DNA of 64,000 nt, from positions 177,427 to 241,426 of the IMG/VR virus record IMGVR_UViG_3300007352_000001; one strand, written 5' to 3'. A model generated the notes under the pieces. It was not told the origin of the DNA. It was given only the letters and a program-made list of their open reading frames with translations, and searched no databases. Within the stretch, counting starts at the first letter, position 1, and every line of letters begins with the position of its first letter. A program made the position numbers and the translations under genes. Positions 35,607 through 44,706 of the stretch are shown piece after piece.

Positions 35607-35828
35607 TCAGAGCCAGCCGTTGTCCTTCATGCCTTGGCACGGATCGCAGAACCGCTTCGGTGGGGTGGTGTACGATTCCGGCTTTGTGTCAGCCAGCAGT
35701 CCGCACCCTTGGCAGTAGAAGTACATCGGCGAGCCGGCGTAGAGCTTCGAGTTGTCAATCCGACCGTCTTTCTTGGCTTGTGCCTTGCGCGTGGCGAGCG
35801 CGGCTTCGGCCTGCTCGCGCTCACTCAT
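35607..35828 (-). CDS. small zinc-binding protein
   Basis: IDNS.LYAGSPMYFYC..CG...C..C. Confidence 0.6.
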   Translation of the reverse strand: MSEREQAEAALATRKAQAKKDGRIDNSKLYAGSPMYFYCQGCGLLADTKPESYTTPPKRFCDPCQGMKDNGWL

Positions 35829-36048
35829 CGGGATCGGACTCGACGCCATCGCGTGCACGCGACCAGGCCAATCCGACCTGCGTGCTGAGGCGCGCAAGGA
35901 ACTGCGACGGGACCGTGAAGCCGACGAGCAGAAGGCCACGGCTCAGGAGCGTCAGCGGGCGCGGCGCCATCCACACGAACATCGGTGTCAGGAGCGTCCA
36001 GAAGACACCGAAGATTGCCAGATCGAAGAGAAAGATCATCCACACCAT
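35821..36048 (-). CDS. small membrane protein
   Basis: hydrophobic; AAGGA SD. Confidence 0.5.
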   Translation of the reverse strand: MVWMIFLFDLAIFGVFWTLLTPMFVWMAPRPLTLLSRGLLLVGFTVPSQFLARLSTQVGLAWSRARDGVESDPDE

Positions 36049-36085
36049 CCTTTCATTTCAGAGCCGGTGTGTGCCCGGCTGGGGG

Positions 36086-36265
36086 TTACAGTTTCGCTTG
36101 GGCCTTGCTCCACTCCATCAGTTCGAGCACTGAGGCCGTCGACGGCAGCATCGACGTGCTGTCGACCATGCACGCGACCAGCTCATCGAGCCCTCGATGC
36201 AGCTCGCGATGGCGGTCTGTGCAGCGACACGGCGAGCCACCGTGCGTCCGCGCGTCTGTACTCAT
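36086..36265 (-). CDS. small hypothetical protein
   Basis: RHRELHRGLDELVAC...LELMEWS; coupled. Confidence 0.55.
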   Translation of the reverse strand: MSTDARTHGGSPCRCTDRHRELHRGLDELVACMVDSTSMLPSTASVLELMEWSKAQAKL

Positions 36266-36498
36266 GCGCGACCTGCCTTGAGGTCTTCGGTGAACTGCGC
36301 CAGTTCGCGCACGAGTGCGTCCATGAAGATGAGATCGTTGTCGGTCGGTTCCGCACCGGGTTCGAGTATCGTCATCACGTTGCTGAAGAGCGCTTGCGCC
36401 CCAGCATAGAACGCGCGGCGGGTCTCCTGGATCTGGACCGCTGGGGCGTCTTTCGGCAGCAGGGTCTGGTAGCTGTCCCACAACTCTTTGAGTGTCAT
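36262..36498 (-). CDS. conserved phage hypothetical protein
   Basis: Q..ETRRAFYAGA motif. Confidence 0.65.
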   Translation of the reverse strand: MTLKELWDSYQTLLPKDAPAVQIQETRRAFYAGAQALFSNVMTILEPGAEPTDNDLIFMDALVRELAQFTEDLKAGRA

Positions 36499-36731
36499 GA
36501 TGGGGTCTTCGCCTCCGAGTGGTGATAGCCGCCGAACTGGATCTCGACAGCATCGCTGTGATGGCGCACGCCAAGGAAACGGACTGCCGGCCACTTGCCT
36601 CGCCACATGGCGTGGTTGGGTTCGAGGCCGCTGTTCAGCTCGGTGAGCAGGTCGTGCACGAAGGCGTACGGGTCCTGCCGAATCGCGCTGATGAAGTCGT
36701 GGTTGAACTCGACGAGCGTGCGTGTGCTCAT
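36495..36731 (-). CDS. hypothetical protein
   Basis: MSTRTLVEFNHD...RHHS; coupled. Confidence 0.6.
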   Translation of the reverse strand: MSTRTLVEFNHDFISAIRQDPYAFVHDLLTELNSGLEPNHAMWRGKWPAVRFLGVRHHSDAVEIQFGGYHHSEAKTPS

Positions 36732-37105
36732 TTGGCCTCCATCATCGAGCGGGCGGTGCGGATCTGGGTCACGACGTCGCAGACGTTGTAGCGCCAGCCC
36801 CAGCACGACCACCAGCGCAGGGTGCTGTAGGTGACCGTGACGCGCTCCCCGGTCTCCTCGGCGCGTCGTGCCAGCTCGACCAGGCCCTTGCCCGGCTCGA
36901 TCGAGAAGCGCTCGCTCTGCTTCTCGCCGACGTCCGTGCTGCCGTGCAGCAGGTAGAGGTCCCACGTCAGCACGGTCTTGCCGGCCTCGCTCACGTTGAC
37001 GATCGTTCCCGAAGACTGGTTGCGTGTGGGCGTCACCATGTAGCTGTAGCTGAACCAGCCAATGGCGAGGACAAGGACGACGGCGGCGGTGATGAGCTTA
37101 CCCAC
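36728..37105 (-). CDS. membrane-anchored protein
   Basis: N-terminal TM helix; AGGAG SD. Confidence 0.6.
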   Translation of the reverse strand: MGKLITAAVVLVLAIGWFSYSYMVTPTRNQSSGTIVNVSEAGKTVLTWDLYLLHGSTDVGEKQSERFSIEPGKGLVELARRAEETGERVTVTYSTLRWWSCWGWRYNVCDVVTQIRTARSMMEAK

Positions 37106-37466
37106 GGGTGGTCTCCTGTGTTGGGCGGGAAGGCAGACGACGCCACCAGAGCACGCCCTCGTTCGGCACCGAGGTGTAGCCCCAGAAGGTGTCGTTCTCT
37201 GCGGTGGGGATGGCAGGGATGTAGGAGCCGATCTGGTCGGTGGGGCCGAACTCGCCTGTGTGCCGGCCGTGCTCGTCGAGATCGTCGATCGGCACCTTAC
37301 TGTCGGTGGATGCGCAGATCGCGCAGAGCAGCGTCTGGTTGTCGAGGAACGCGTTGTAGTAGCGCCACAGCTTGCAGTCGCTCGCGCCGCAAGGTTGGCA
37401 GCGGTAGCTGGTGGGCGCCGCGTCACTGGCGTAGTCGACGGGCTGTGTCGGGTCGACGAGGCTCAT
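37098..37466 (-). CDS. zinc-finger hypothetical protein
   Basis: CQPCG..CKLWR...LLCAICA...FWGYTSVP. Confidence 0.65.
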   Translation of the reverse strand: MSLVDPTQPVDYASDAAPTSYRCQPCGASDCKLWRYYNAFLDNQTLLCAICASTDSKVPIDDLDEHGRHTGEFGPTDQIGSYIPAIPTAENDTFWGYTSVPNEGVLWWRRLPSRPTQETTRG

Positions 37467-37858
37467 GCGGCACGCGTGGTGTTGGCCGGGTGCATGTAGT
37501 TCTCGAAGTCGATGTTCATCACGTTGACGTTGTGCCGTTCACACCAGACTTGGAAGCCGCGCTGGGTGTGCGCCACAGACAGCCGCGCCCAGTCCATGGC
37601 TGAGATGGTGCGCGGGCGCTCTTGCAGGCAGAGCCCGCAGTGGATGAACATCTCTTGCTGGCGCGCATTGCTGATGGGTGCCGGTGGGTTGACCAGCGGC
37701 CCCTCACTGTCGAAGTGCCCGTCCGGGGTGAAGATCCATTGGCGGGTGCGTGCATCGGTGAGCACGTTGGCGTCCGCGCCATCGAAAATACGGTACGCGC
37801 CCGGTGGGATGTCGACCTCGACGGAGGCGCCGTCGGCCGCTCTCACGTGAACCTTCAT
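37463..37858 (-). CDS. hypothetical protein
   Basis: HCGLC...QVWC.RH. Confidence 0.6.
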   Translation of the reverse strand: MKVHVRAADGASVEVDIPPGAYRIFDGADANVLTDARTRQWIFTPDGHFDSEGPLVNPPAPISNARQQEMFIHCGLCLQERPRTISAMDWARLSVAHTQRGFQVWCERHNVNVMNIDFENYMHPANTTRAA

Positions 37859-37862
37859 GACC

Positions 37863-38249
37863 TCACCACGGTCCGCAGCGTTCGGCGGGGCCGTGGACGA
37901 AGCCGCACCCGCACATGACGCGCTTTGCAGGGTCGACGTGCTCAGCGAGCAGCGCGCCGAACATCCCTTGCGCCAGCCGTCGGCGCTCTGCGTAGTGTTC
38001 GCTGCCGGGCGCATCGTCACCGACGTAGGCTTGCGGATCCCGATGGAGCGCCGCCGTGTGCCGCGTCATGGCCTTGTGGACGACCTCGCTCAGGTACTGG
38101 TCACCTGGGGCGCGCCGTTGGAGTGCACGCAGCTCGACGGCGAGCCACGCGCTCATGTGGTCGAACGCGAGCATCGCCCAGTAGCACTCGTCGTGTGTCG
38201 GCTGCTTGCCGTTGCGGGCGTCGGTCAGAATCTCGGCTGTGGTCCGCAT
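37863..38249 (-). CDS. hypothetical protein
   Basis: TGATG coupling. Confidence 0.55.
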   Translation of the reverse strand: MRTTAEILTDARNGKQPTHDECYWAMLAFDHMSAWLAVELRALQRRAPGDQYLSEVVHKAMTRHTAALHRDPQAYVGDDAPGSEHYAERRRLAQGMFGALLAEHVDPAKRVMCGCGFVHGPAERCGPW

Positions 38250-38797
38250 CAGGGCTCCTGGATGAACTCGTACTGGGCGCGGAACTCGCCGTCGTGCTGC
38301 CCGCGCGTGGTGATCTCCTTGACGCCCTCGGTCGGTACGTCGGCGACGCGGAACGTGAAGCCGCAGGCAGTGCACTCGTGGCTGCGATGCGGTGGGTTAT
38401 CCCAGTCGCGCTCGGGTGCCGGGGCGTCGATGTGTTGGGTGCGACAGTTCGGGCAGAAGATCACCACCGGCAACGGCGGCAGTGCATGCAGGTCTGGGGC
38501 AGTACAGCTCTCGACGATGTGCTCGAAGAGCCGGAGCATGTTGAGCGGTGGCAGGCTACCATCTCGCCCGACACTGGCCGCGCGTTGGATCACGTTCAGG
38601 CGTAGGAGGACCCGGCACAGCGGGCAGCCGAGACGCCGCTCGAACTCGATCTCGACGTGCCCATTGTCGCAGATCGTCATCGCCGCTTCCTGCTGGCGCA
38701 TCACCGCATCCAACTCCGCGTGCCGTCGCTCGTGCTCGGCCAGCCGTTGGAGCAGCACCGAGCGCCGTGTCTGCCAGCGCGCGATCAGCCGACGCAT
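38249..38797 (-). CDS. zinc-finger hypothetical protein
   Basis: FCPNC..QHID...W.NPPHRSH.C..CG...ADVPT.GV. Confidence 0.6.
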   Translation of the reverse strand: MRRLIARWQTRRSVLLQRLAEHERRHAELDAVMRQQEAAMTICDNGHVEIEFERRLGCPLCRVLLRLNVIQRAASVGRDGSLPPLNMLRLFEHIVESCTAPDLHALPPLPVVIFCPNCRTQHIDAPAPERDWDNPPHRSHECTACGFTFRVADVPTEGVKEITTRGQHDGEFRAQYEFIQEP

Positions 38798-39045
38798 CAG
38801 TGCCAGGCTCCGCACGCGCACGGACCGCTGCTCACGTCGCACCGCACGCCGCCGTTGGTTCCGAACGACGCGTACTCGCTGTGGAGGTCCATCAAGTGGA
38901 GCACCATCACGCCGTCGACCAGGCAGCAGGATTGCAGCCCGATGAAGTCGTGGCGGTGATTCTCGGGGTGCTCCTTGATGTCTCGCTCCCGCTCGCTCAC
39001 GCGCTGGCGGTGCAGCGCGTCGCGATCGGTCGTGCTCTGTGGCAT
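38797..39045 (-). CDS. small Cys-rich protein
   Basis: CDV..GPCACGAWH. Confidence 0.6.
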   Translation of the reverse strand: MPQSTTDRDALHRQRVSERERDIKEHPENHRHDFIGLQSCCLVDGVMVLHLMDLHSEYASFGTNGGVRCDVSSGPCACGAWH

Positions 39046-39266
39046 CACGGCCTCCTTCCTCGATGTTGCTCGATGAGTTGTCGACCCGCGACGGTGCGCA
39101 CAAAGTACGCGCCCACGCGGTCGTCGTAATGATCGACGCGCGCCAGCTGGCGCCGTTCCAAGCTCCATGCGGTGCGCAAGGGGCCACCGGAGCAATAGGT
39201 GGCCGACTGCCCTTCGTCGGCCAGCTGGTGCAGCACCACCCACTGTGCGAGCGTGAGCCGGCTCAT
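39045..39266 (-). CDS. hypothetical protein
   Basis: coupled. Confidence 0.5.
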   Translation of the reverse strand: MSRLTLAQWVVLHQLADEGQSATYCSGGPLRTAWSLERRQLARVDHYDDRVGAYFVRTVAGRQLIEQHRGRRP

Positions 39267-39577
39267 TCGACGTGCCAGAGCGTGCCGTAGATCGCCTCAC
39301 GGCTGACCCACCCGTTCACATGACCATGGTTGTTGCTGATCTGGTAGCGCTCGCCGCGCTTGGAGCTGACCAGGTGCAGGTAGTGGGAGCGTCCCACCTT
39401 GCAGAGCACGATGTCGCCGACGTGAATCGGTCCCCGCACTGGCCGCACCGTGCAGAGGTCCCCCGAGTCGATCCGTGGCGTCATCGAGTTGCCCCGTGGA
39501 CGGAACTGCACTGTCTCGCCGGCCAGCAGCTTCGCGATGTGCCCCGTGGCCCAGCTCATGACGACGGGAGCATCCAT
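39263..39577 (-). CDS. S24/S26 peptidase-like protein
   Basis: RPRGNSMTPRI.SGD...VGDIVLC. Confidence 0.65.
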   Translation of the reverse strand: MDAPVVMSWATGHIAKLLAGETVQFRPRGNSMTPRIDSGDLCTVRPVRGPIHVGDIVLCKVGRSHYLHLVSSKRGERYQISNNHGHVNGWVSREAIYGTLWHVE

Positions 39578-39795
39578 TCATCAGGTTTCACTTTGCGAAG
39601 CAGCCGTTGCCGGAAGCGCAGCACGATGCGGAGGTCTGACGCATCGACATCCGGCCAGAGTGCCATCGCCTGCCGCACGAGCTGGTTGGTGGTGAACGTG
39701 GCGGCGCCTTCTTGGGTCAGGTGGAGCGCCGCGCGTTCGAGCACGCCGACGATCGCTTCGAGGTCGGTTGGGTTCTCTAGATCGCGCAGCGTCAT
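39556..39795 (-). CDS. hypothetical protein
   Basis: TGATG coupling. Confidence 0.5.
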   Translation of the reverse strand: MTLRDLENPTDLEAIVGVLERAALHLTQEGAATFTTNQLVRQAMALWPDVDASDLRIVLRFRQRLLRKVKPDEWMLPSS

Positions 39796-40058
39796 CAGAG
39801 CCGCCGTTTCTCTTCGATCAGCGACCAGAGTTGCTGCCCGTCCGCGTGCCCGAGCGCGTTCTCCAGCAGCCCGCCGATCTGCCGCGGGATGTCTTCCTCG
39901 GGGTTGGCGAAGGTGCGCCCGGCGCGCATCTCGTCGTAGAGCGCCACGGCGAGGGTATGCACCAGCTCGCCGATCGCCTGGTCGGTGTGTTGGCGGACGA
40001 TGCCCCCAACCAGGCCGCAGTGGCGGATGCGCTCCGCAGCTGGCGTCTCGAAGCACAT
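39795..40058 (-). CDS. hypothetical protein
   Basis: TGATG coupling. Confidence 0.55.
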   Translation of the reverse strand: MCFETPAAERIRHCGLVGGIVRQHTDQAIGELVHTLAVALYDEMRAGRTFANPEEDIPRQIGGLLENALGHADGQQLWSLIEEKRRL

Positions 40059-40597
40059 CAGGCGTCCTCACCGACCCGGCCGAGCCGGATCGACATCTGC
40101 GCGGGCGAGAGTGTGTACCAGGTCGTCCACACGTCCATGGCTCTGGCGAACCCAGCGTCGTACTCGCTCGGGAACGGCGTGAAGCCTTCACTGTGCTCGT
40201 GGATCGCCCCTTGGATCGCCGCGCGGATCGTGGCGAGCACGCGTAGCGGCGGCTTGCCGCGGGGATCAGTGTGCGTGATCAGCCAGTCCACCATGCGGCT
40301 GAGCGCCTTGTTGTAGCGCCGGTGCGCATCGAGCCACAGTTGGCCCGCGGCCACCGGCCCCAGGTCTTCCGCGATGCGCTGGACATCCGCCTCGCACGGG
40401 AGGCCGGGGAAGCTCGCCGGGTCCGTGGTGTCGTTGGCGACCTTCGGTGCGGCCAGCAGCAGCTCGCGCACGATCTCCTCGACCTGGTCGAGTGCGGCTT
40501 GGAGCCGGTAGACCTCGTGCGTCTTGGCGTGCGCCACCAGCGTCGCTTGGGTCAACGGGTCCGGTGCGGTCTGTTCCTCCATCCCATCCTCCTCCAC
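40058..40597 (-). CDS. hypothetical protein
   Basis: ORF in coupled block. Confidence 0.6.
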   Translation of the reverse strand: MEEDGMEEQTAPDPLTQATLVAHAKTHEVYRLQAALDQVEEIVRELLLAAPKVANDTTDPASFPGLPCEADVQRIAEDLGPVAAGQLWLDAHRRYNKALSRMVDWLITHTDPRGKPPLRVLATIRAAIQGAIHEHSEGFTPFPSEYDAGFARAMDVWTTWYTLSPAQMSIRLGRVGEDA

Positions 40598-40598
40598 A

Positions 40599-40817
40599 TC
40601 AGCGGGGTCGCCGCGGGGGTGGCCGGCGACACAGTTCGTTGATCAGGCCCTCGATCTTGTTCACCATCTCGTCGTCCATCCGGATCGGCGTGCTGCGCTC
40701 GTAGACCTGTCGGAAGGTGACGGTGCGCTGCTGGCGGGGACAGGTGCGCTCGACTTCGTTCAAGACGATCAGCGCCACCAGCAGGTGGAAGATCGTGTAG
40801 AACATCGTGTAGAGCAT
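40599..40817 (-). CDS. small membrane protein
   Basis: N-terminal hydrophobic helix. Confidence 0.5.
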   Translation of the reverse strand: MLYTMFYTIFHLLVALIVLNEVERTCPRQQRTVTFRQVYERSTPIRMDDEMVNKIEGLINELCRRPPPRRPR

Positions 40818-41098
40818 CAGTGCCGCGTCTCCTCCGTCGGCCCCGACTCGATGCGCCTATGGACTACGCGCACTCGGACTTCCTGACCTGGGTAGAGCGT
40901 CATGCCCGGTTCGTACCTCACCACCGCCGGGTACGAGCCCAGCGTCGGGTGGTGGATCATTCCATGCTCGTCAGGCTCCAGCGCCGAGGCATCTGGCCAC
41001 GCGGCCTTCCATGCCTTGTCCTCTCGCCAGCTGACCACCGCGGCGATCACGCCGCCCAACAGTAGGCAGCCACCCAGGAAGAGCATCGTGCCGGTCAT
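40817..41098 (-). CDS. small membrane protein
   Basis: MTGTMLFLGG... TM helix. Confidence 0.5.
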   Translation of the reverse strand: MTGTMLFLGGCLLLGGVIAAVVSWREDKAWKAAWPDASALEPDEHGMIHHPTLGSYPAVVRYEPGMTLYPGQEVRVRVVHRRIESGPTEETRH

Positions 41099-41601
41099 AC
41101 CTTCTTCGCCGCCAGCTGCAGCTGTGCCAGGGCCAAGAGCATGTCGCCGGGCGTGACCAGCAGTCCGCCGTCGAGCTGCTTCCGGGTGTCGGTCACCAGC
41201 TTCTCGATGCCCGCTACGAGCACACCCAGCGGGTGCTCGGGGCACTGGGCGATGTGCGCTTTCAGCACGTTGGCCTGCACCACTGGCGTGCTCTCCACCG
41301 GCCCGTAGCGGTGCCCGCAGTAGACGCAGTTCACGTACATGCCCGACTGCAGGTCCGCCACCCATTGGCGTAAGCGGACCAGCTCCTCGATCTCGTCTGC
41401 GGGCACGACCTCCAGGTGCTCCACGTGGCAGGGCAGCATGATCCCGCCCAGCCGTGGATTGCACCGGCGCTCGCCATCGCTCCGGACATCGGTCGCCTCC
41501 CGGCCGTGGCTGTGACACCACCACAGGCCGGGACTGCGCTCGCTCAGCCAGTTCATCGGCGCTCCGGTGGTGTTAGCCGGCCACCGCACCGTGGACAGCA
41601 C
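41095..41601 (-). CDS. conserved phage hypothetical protein
   Basis: LRQWVADLQSGMYVNCVYCGHRYGP...LK.HI..CP.HP. Confidence 0.6.
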   Translation of the reverse strand: MLSTVRWPANTTGAPMNWLSERSPGLWWCHSHGREATDVRSDGERRCNPRLGGIMLPCHVEHLEVVPADEIEELVRLRQWVADLQSGMYVNCVYCGHRYGPVESTPVVQANVLKAHIAQCPEHPLGVLVAGIEKLVTDTRKQLDGGLLVTPGDMLLALAQLQLAAKKV

Positions 41602-41685
41602 AGGCCACGGACCGGCCCACGCTCGGTCCGCCCGCAGCCGGCGGCGTAGCAGTAGCCCACCGGGTCCTCACGGTCATCGTTCATC

Positions 41686-42063
41686 TCAGCTCTGCGCGCC
41701 GACGATGTCCTCGGCCATCTTCGAGTAGCGGGCGTTGGAGGCCAGGAACTGCTCGCGCCACTCCCAGTCGTCCATCACGTAGCGGGCGAAGTCGTGCTGG
41801 CTCAGCTCCACGATGTCGTCGACCGACATCTCCAGCATCTTGAGCACCCGATCGTACTCTTTGGTCTGGTCGACCGGCGCCAGCATCGACCAACTGCGTG
41901 GGATCCGCCGTCCTGCCTTGGCGTTCTCCAGCAGGCGGTCCAGCTCGGCGATCGCCTGTGCCCGGAACCCCTCCTGGGCCTCCAGGAAGATCGCCCGGTG
42001 CTTCTCGCGGTTCTCGCGCACGATGGCGAGCAACGCGGCCTTCTCAATCTTGACGGTCTGCAT
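41686..42063 (-). CDS. conserved phage hypothetical protein
   Basis: GGAGGG SD; P.D...EYDR...MLEMS......L...DF..YV.D.W.W. Confidence 0.7.
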   Translation of the reverse strand: MQTVKIEKAALLAIVRENREKHRAIFLEAQEGFRAQAIAELDRLLENAKAGRRIPRSWSMLAPVDQTKEYDRVLKMLEMSVDDIVELSQHDFARYVMDDWEWREQFLASNARYSKMAEDIVGAQS

Positions 42064-42291
42064 GGCCCCTCCCACGTCCTAGACTGGGACGTCCTAGTAG
42101 CTGGCTAGTAGGTGCGGCTGGGCACATACCGGGGGCAGGGTGGCGTGCGCGACAGCGCCGCCGCCCGTCAGCTGACTGCTGTGCGTGACTCACCACACCC
42201 ACCCGCATTGACCCACCCATGCCGTTGATTTGGAGCGCACGCTCTTAGCGCGCTTCTTACTCGCTCGTCAAGCTCAACGTCCAAACAGCCG

Positions 42292-42435
42292 GGCTAGGTA
42301 GTCCGTACCTAGCCACCAACAAAGGTCGACCACGGGTCGACAAAACGGCCGGTACGCCGTGGTTCACCCCTGTATCGCAGGGAAACCCACTTCGGGAGAG
42401 GTGTCTCCAGCCTCTCCCGCAGCCGTTTTGGAGGG
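42292..42435 (+). promoter_or_regulatory. structured leader with multiple hairpins upstream of the secreted-protein block
   Basis: GGCTAGGTA/TACCTAGCC, GTCGACC/GGTCGAC, CCCTG/CAGGG, CGGGAGAGG/CCTCTCCCG, and long-range CAAAACGGC/GCCGTTTTG next to the SD. Confidence 0.5.
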
Positions 42436-42442
42436 CCACACC

Positions 42443-42928
42443 ATGCGTCGAGTCGATCCGCTGGAAGTGGACGTGCTCCTCGACCTCGCCGCTGCTGCAG
42501 GTCCTGGTGCCGCCACCCAGCTCGCTTCAGGCCGTTCGCTGTTCGATGTCAGCGAACGCGCTCAGTTCCTCGTGTCCTCGCAGGCTCTGGCCGAGGCTCT
42601 CGCCGATGTGCAGCCGCTCGTCGACGCGATGCCGCGCCACAGTGAAGGCGATCTGGACACGGCCATCGACCTGCAGGATGCCGCCGCGCAGCTGGGCAAG
42701 GTCATCCCGCGGTTGCAGCTCGCGATCCGTGCCACCGAGAGCATGCAGGAGCGTGCGGCGATCGTCGCCGTCCTCGACGCCGCGCTCGACGCACACCGCC
42801 AGCTGAACGAGTGGTCGAGCCGTGCGGCCGAGTACAACCCGCCGCACGCCGCCGAGATCATCCAGAACTTCCACGGCCTGGTCATGATGGCGAAGGACCT
42901 GGCCCAGCTGGACCAGAACTACCGGTGA
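42443..42928 (+). CDS. helical hypothetical protein
   Basis: GGAGGG SD. Confidence 0.7.
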   Translation: MRRVDPLEVDVLLDLAAAAGPGAATQLASGRSLFDVSERAQFLVSSQALAEALADVQPLVDAMPRHSEGDLDTAIDLQDAAAQLGKVIPRLQLAIRATESMQERAAIVAVLDAALDAHRQLNEWSSRAAEYNPPHAAEIIQNFHGLVMMAKDLAQLDQNYR

Positions 42929-43515
42929 GCACCATCCGCGCCCTGGTGTGCGCCGCAGCCTTGCTGCTGAGCGCACCGGCCTGGGCAGGGGAAATCTACC
43001 TGCACGCCGCGGGCGCCCTCACCAAGGGCTCTGGTGGATGCACACGGGTGCAGAACGACGGCACCGCCGGCCCGATCGTCTCGATGCAGTGCTCGCAGAC
43101 GGGCACGCAGGAGCTGTTCTGGTGGGTGCCGATCCCGTCGGACTTCGGCAGTACGATCACGCCGACGATCACCTACCACACCGGCTCGGTGTCGGCTGGC
43201 AACCTGTGCTTCCGGATCCGGCTGACGGCGTTCGCCACCGACGGCTCGGCAGCCAACATGCTGACGGCCGCGGCAGCCACCAACACGGTGACGATCACCG
43301 ATGCCAACCTGACCGCGGTGGTGAACTCGCCGAACCAAGGGGCGGGTACCTCGCTGACGCCGCAACAGCGCACCAGCGCAGGGCTCACCAGCTGCGCGGT
43401 GCAGAGCTGCCAGAACCTCTACGGCCTGGTGCAGGTCGAGCGCATGAACGACGGCAGCTGCAGCTCGAACCTCGCGACCAATGCGCAGGTCGACATGCTG
43501 CGGCTTGCCTACTGA
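42925..43515 (+). CDS. secreted Cys-rich beta protein, paralog 1
   Basis: signal peptide AWA/GEIY; CT...C...PIPSD...Y...C; ends MLRLAY. Confidence 0.75.
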   Translation: MSTIRALVCAAALLLSAPAWAGEIYLHAAGALTKGSGGCTRVQNDGTAGPIVSMQCSQTGTQELFWWVPIPSDFGSTITPTITYHTGSVSAGNLCFRIRLTAFATDGSAANMLTAAAATNTVTITDANLTAVVNSPNQGAGTSLTPQQRTSAGLTSCAVQSCQNLYGLVQVERMNDGSCSSNLATNAQVDMLRLAY

Positions 43516-43524
43516 CGAAAGGCG

Positions 43525-44109
43525 ATGCGGATGGATGCGGAGCGGTTGCTGCTGAAGGTCCGGAAGTTCGGTGACGTTCAGGCGGAACATGTGGCCTGGA
43601 CCGAGCCGTTGTCGTGGAACTCGGCGACTCCGGCCGGTGTTGGGTTCACCGAGCACAAGCTGTCGTTCATCGACGTGCTCAACCACGCCTTCCAGCTCTA
43701 CGCGCAGGGCGACGTGGTCCCCGACGTTGGGGATGAGCTGGTTGATGTCAGCCGCAAGGTCGCGAGCCGCGACCTCGTCTTCCTCGGCGAGCGCGCCACG
43801 TTCATCATCGAGACGCTGCCGGGGTTCATCATGCACCCGCCGCAGCAGCTCGGCAGTGCGACGCGCCTCGGCCGTCTGAACGGACACTGGACGGTGGTGC
43901 GGGAGTCCGCGTTGCCGCTGAACGAGTTCATCGTGGTGCACGTGCAGCCGCAGACGCGCACGGTGTTCGCCACGCCAGGCGTGGCCGGTAAGCAAGAAGA
44001 CATCGCGGAGTTTCTCCAGCGCCGCGCCGCCTCGCTGATCCAAGCGGTGGCCTCGACCAAGGCGCCGGCCAATCGACAGGTCAATCCCCACGCATCGTGC
44101 GCTGGGTGA
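43525..44109 (+). CDS. hypothetical protein
   Basis: 194 aa ORF interrupting the paralog array. Confidence 0.65.
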   Translation: MRMDAERLLLKVRKFGDVQAEHVAWTEPLSWNSATPAGVGFTEHKLSFIDVLNHAFQLYAQGDVVPDVGDELVDVSRKVASRDLVFLGERATFIIETLPGFIMHPPQQLGSATRLGRLNGHWTVVRESALPLNEFIVVHVQPQTRTVFATPGVAGKQEDIAEFLQRRAASLIQAVASTKAPANRQVNPHASCAG

Positions 44110-44118
44110 CGAGGTCTC

Positions 44119-44706
44119 ATGGGCGGGTGGCGGTGGTGGAGTGGAGTGGTTGTGGCCGTGGCACTGGGTGCTGCGGCGCCCGCCCATGCAGGCAAACTCG
44201 AACTGTGGGCTGACTCGGCCTACACGCTCTCGGGCTCGGGCTGCACGAAGGTCGTGAACAACGCCGCCTCGAACGAGGCGTACACGACCATCAACTGCCC
44301 GGATGCCGCGGGCGGGACCTTCGTGGTTCCGTTCGCGATCCCGGAAGTGGCCGCGGCCACGGGCTGGACCTACCGCATCCACTACGCGGTCTCGAACAAC
44401 TCGACCTCGTCGACGTGCGCCTGGGACGTGCAGCTCCAAGCGCAGACGAGCGACGGGACAGTGGTGATCACTGGCGGGCCGACGACCACGGTCACCGCGG
44501 GGCCGCGCGATCACACCGCCGGCAAGATCGACCTCTCGCCGACCAGCGCGGCGATGACCGGCATTCGCGACAGCCAAGCCGGCGCGAACTGCTCGGGATC
44601 CACCTGCACGGACACCGGGGGCGTCGCACTCGTCACGCTGAACAACACCAGCACGAGCGGCATCACCGGCACCTGCAACTTTCGGCTGTTGGAGATCACG
44701 TACTGA
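44119..44706 (+). CDS. secreted Cys-rich beta protein, paralog 2
   Basis: AHA/GKLE; CTK..TINC..GW...CAW..NCS..C..CNFRLLEITY. Confidence 0.8.
   Translation: MGGWRWWSGVVVAVALGAAAPAHAGKLELWADSAYTLSGSGCTKVVNNAASNEAYTTINCPDAAGGTFVVPFAIPEVAAATGWTYRIHYAVSNNSTSSTCAWDVQLQAQTSDGTVVITGGPTTTVTAGPRDHTAGKIDLSPTSAAMTGIRDSQAGANCSGSTCTDTGGVALVTLNNTSTSGITGTCNFRLLEITY

Noticed and set aside
42128-42160. Possible tenth promoter copy on the minus strand (CCACCCTGCCCCCGGT-ATG)
   Set aside because: Only the 3' part resembles the consensus. It lacks the -24 GG and -12 GC at the correct spacing.
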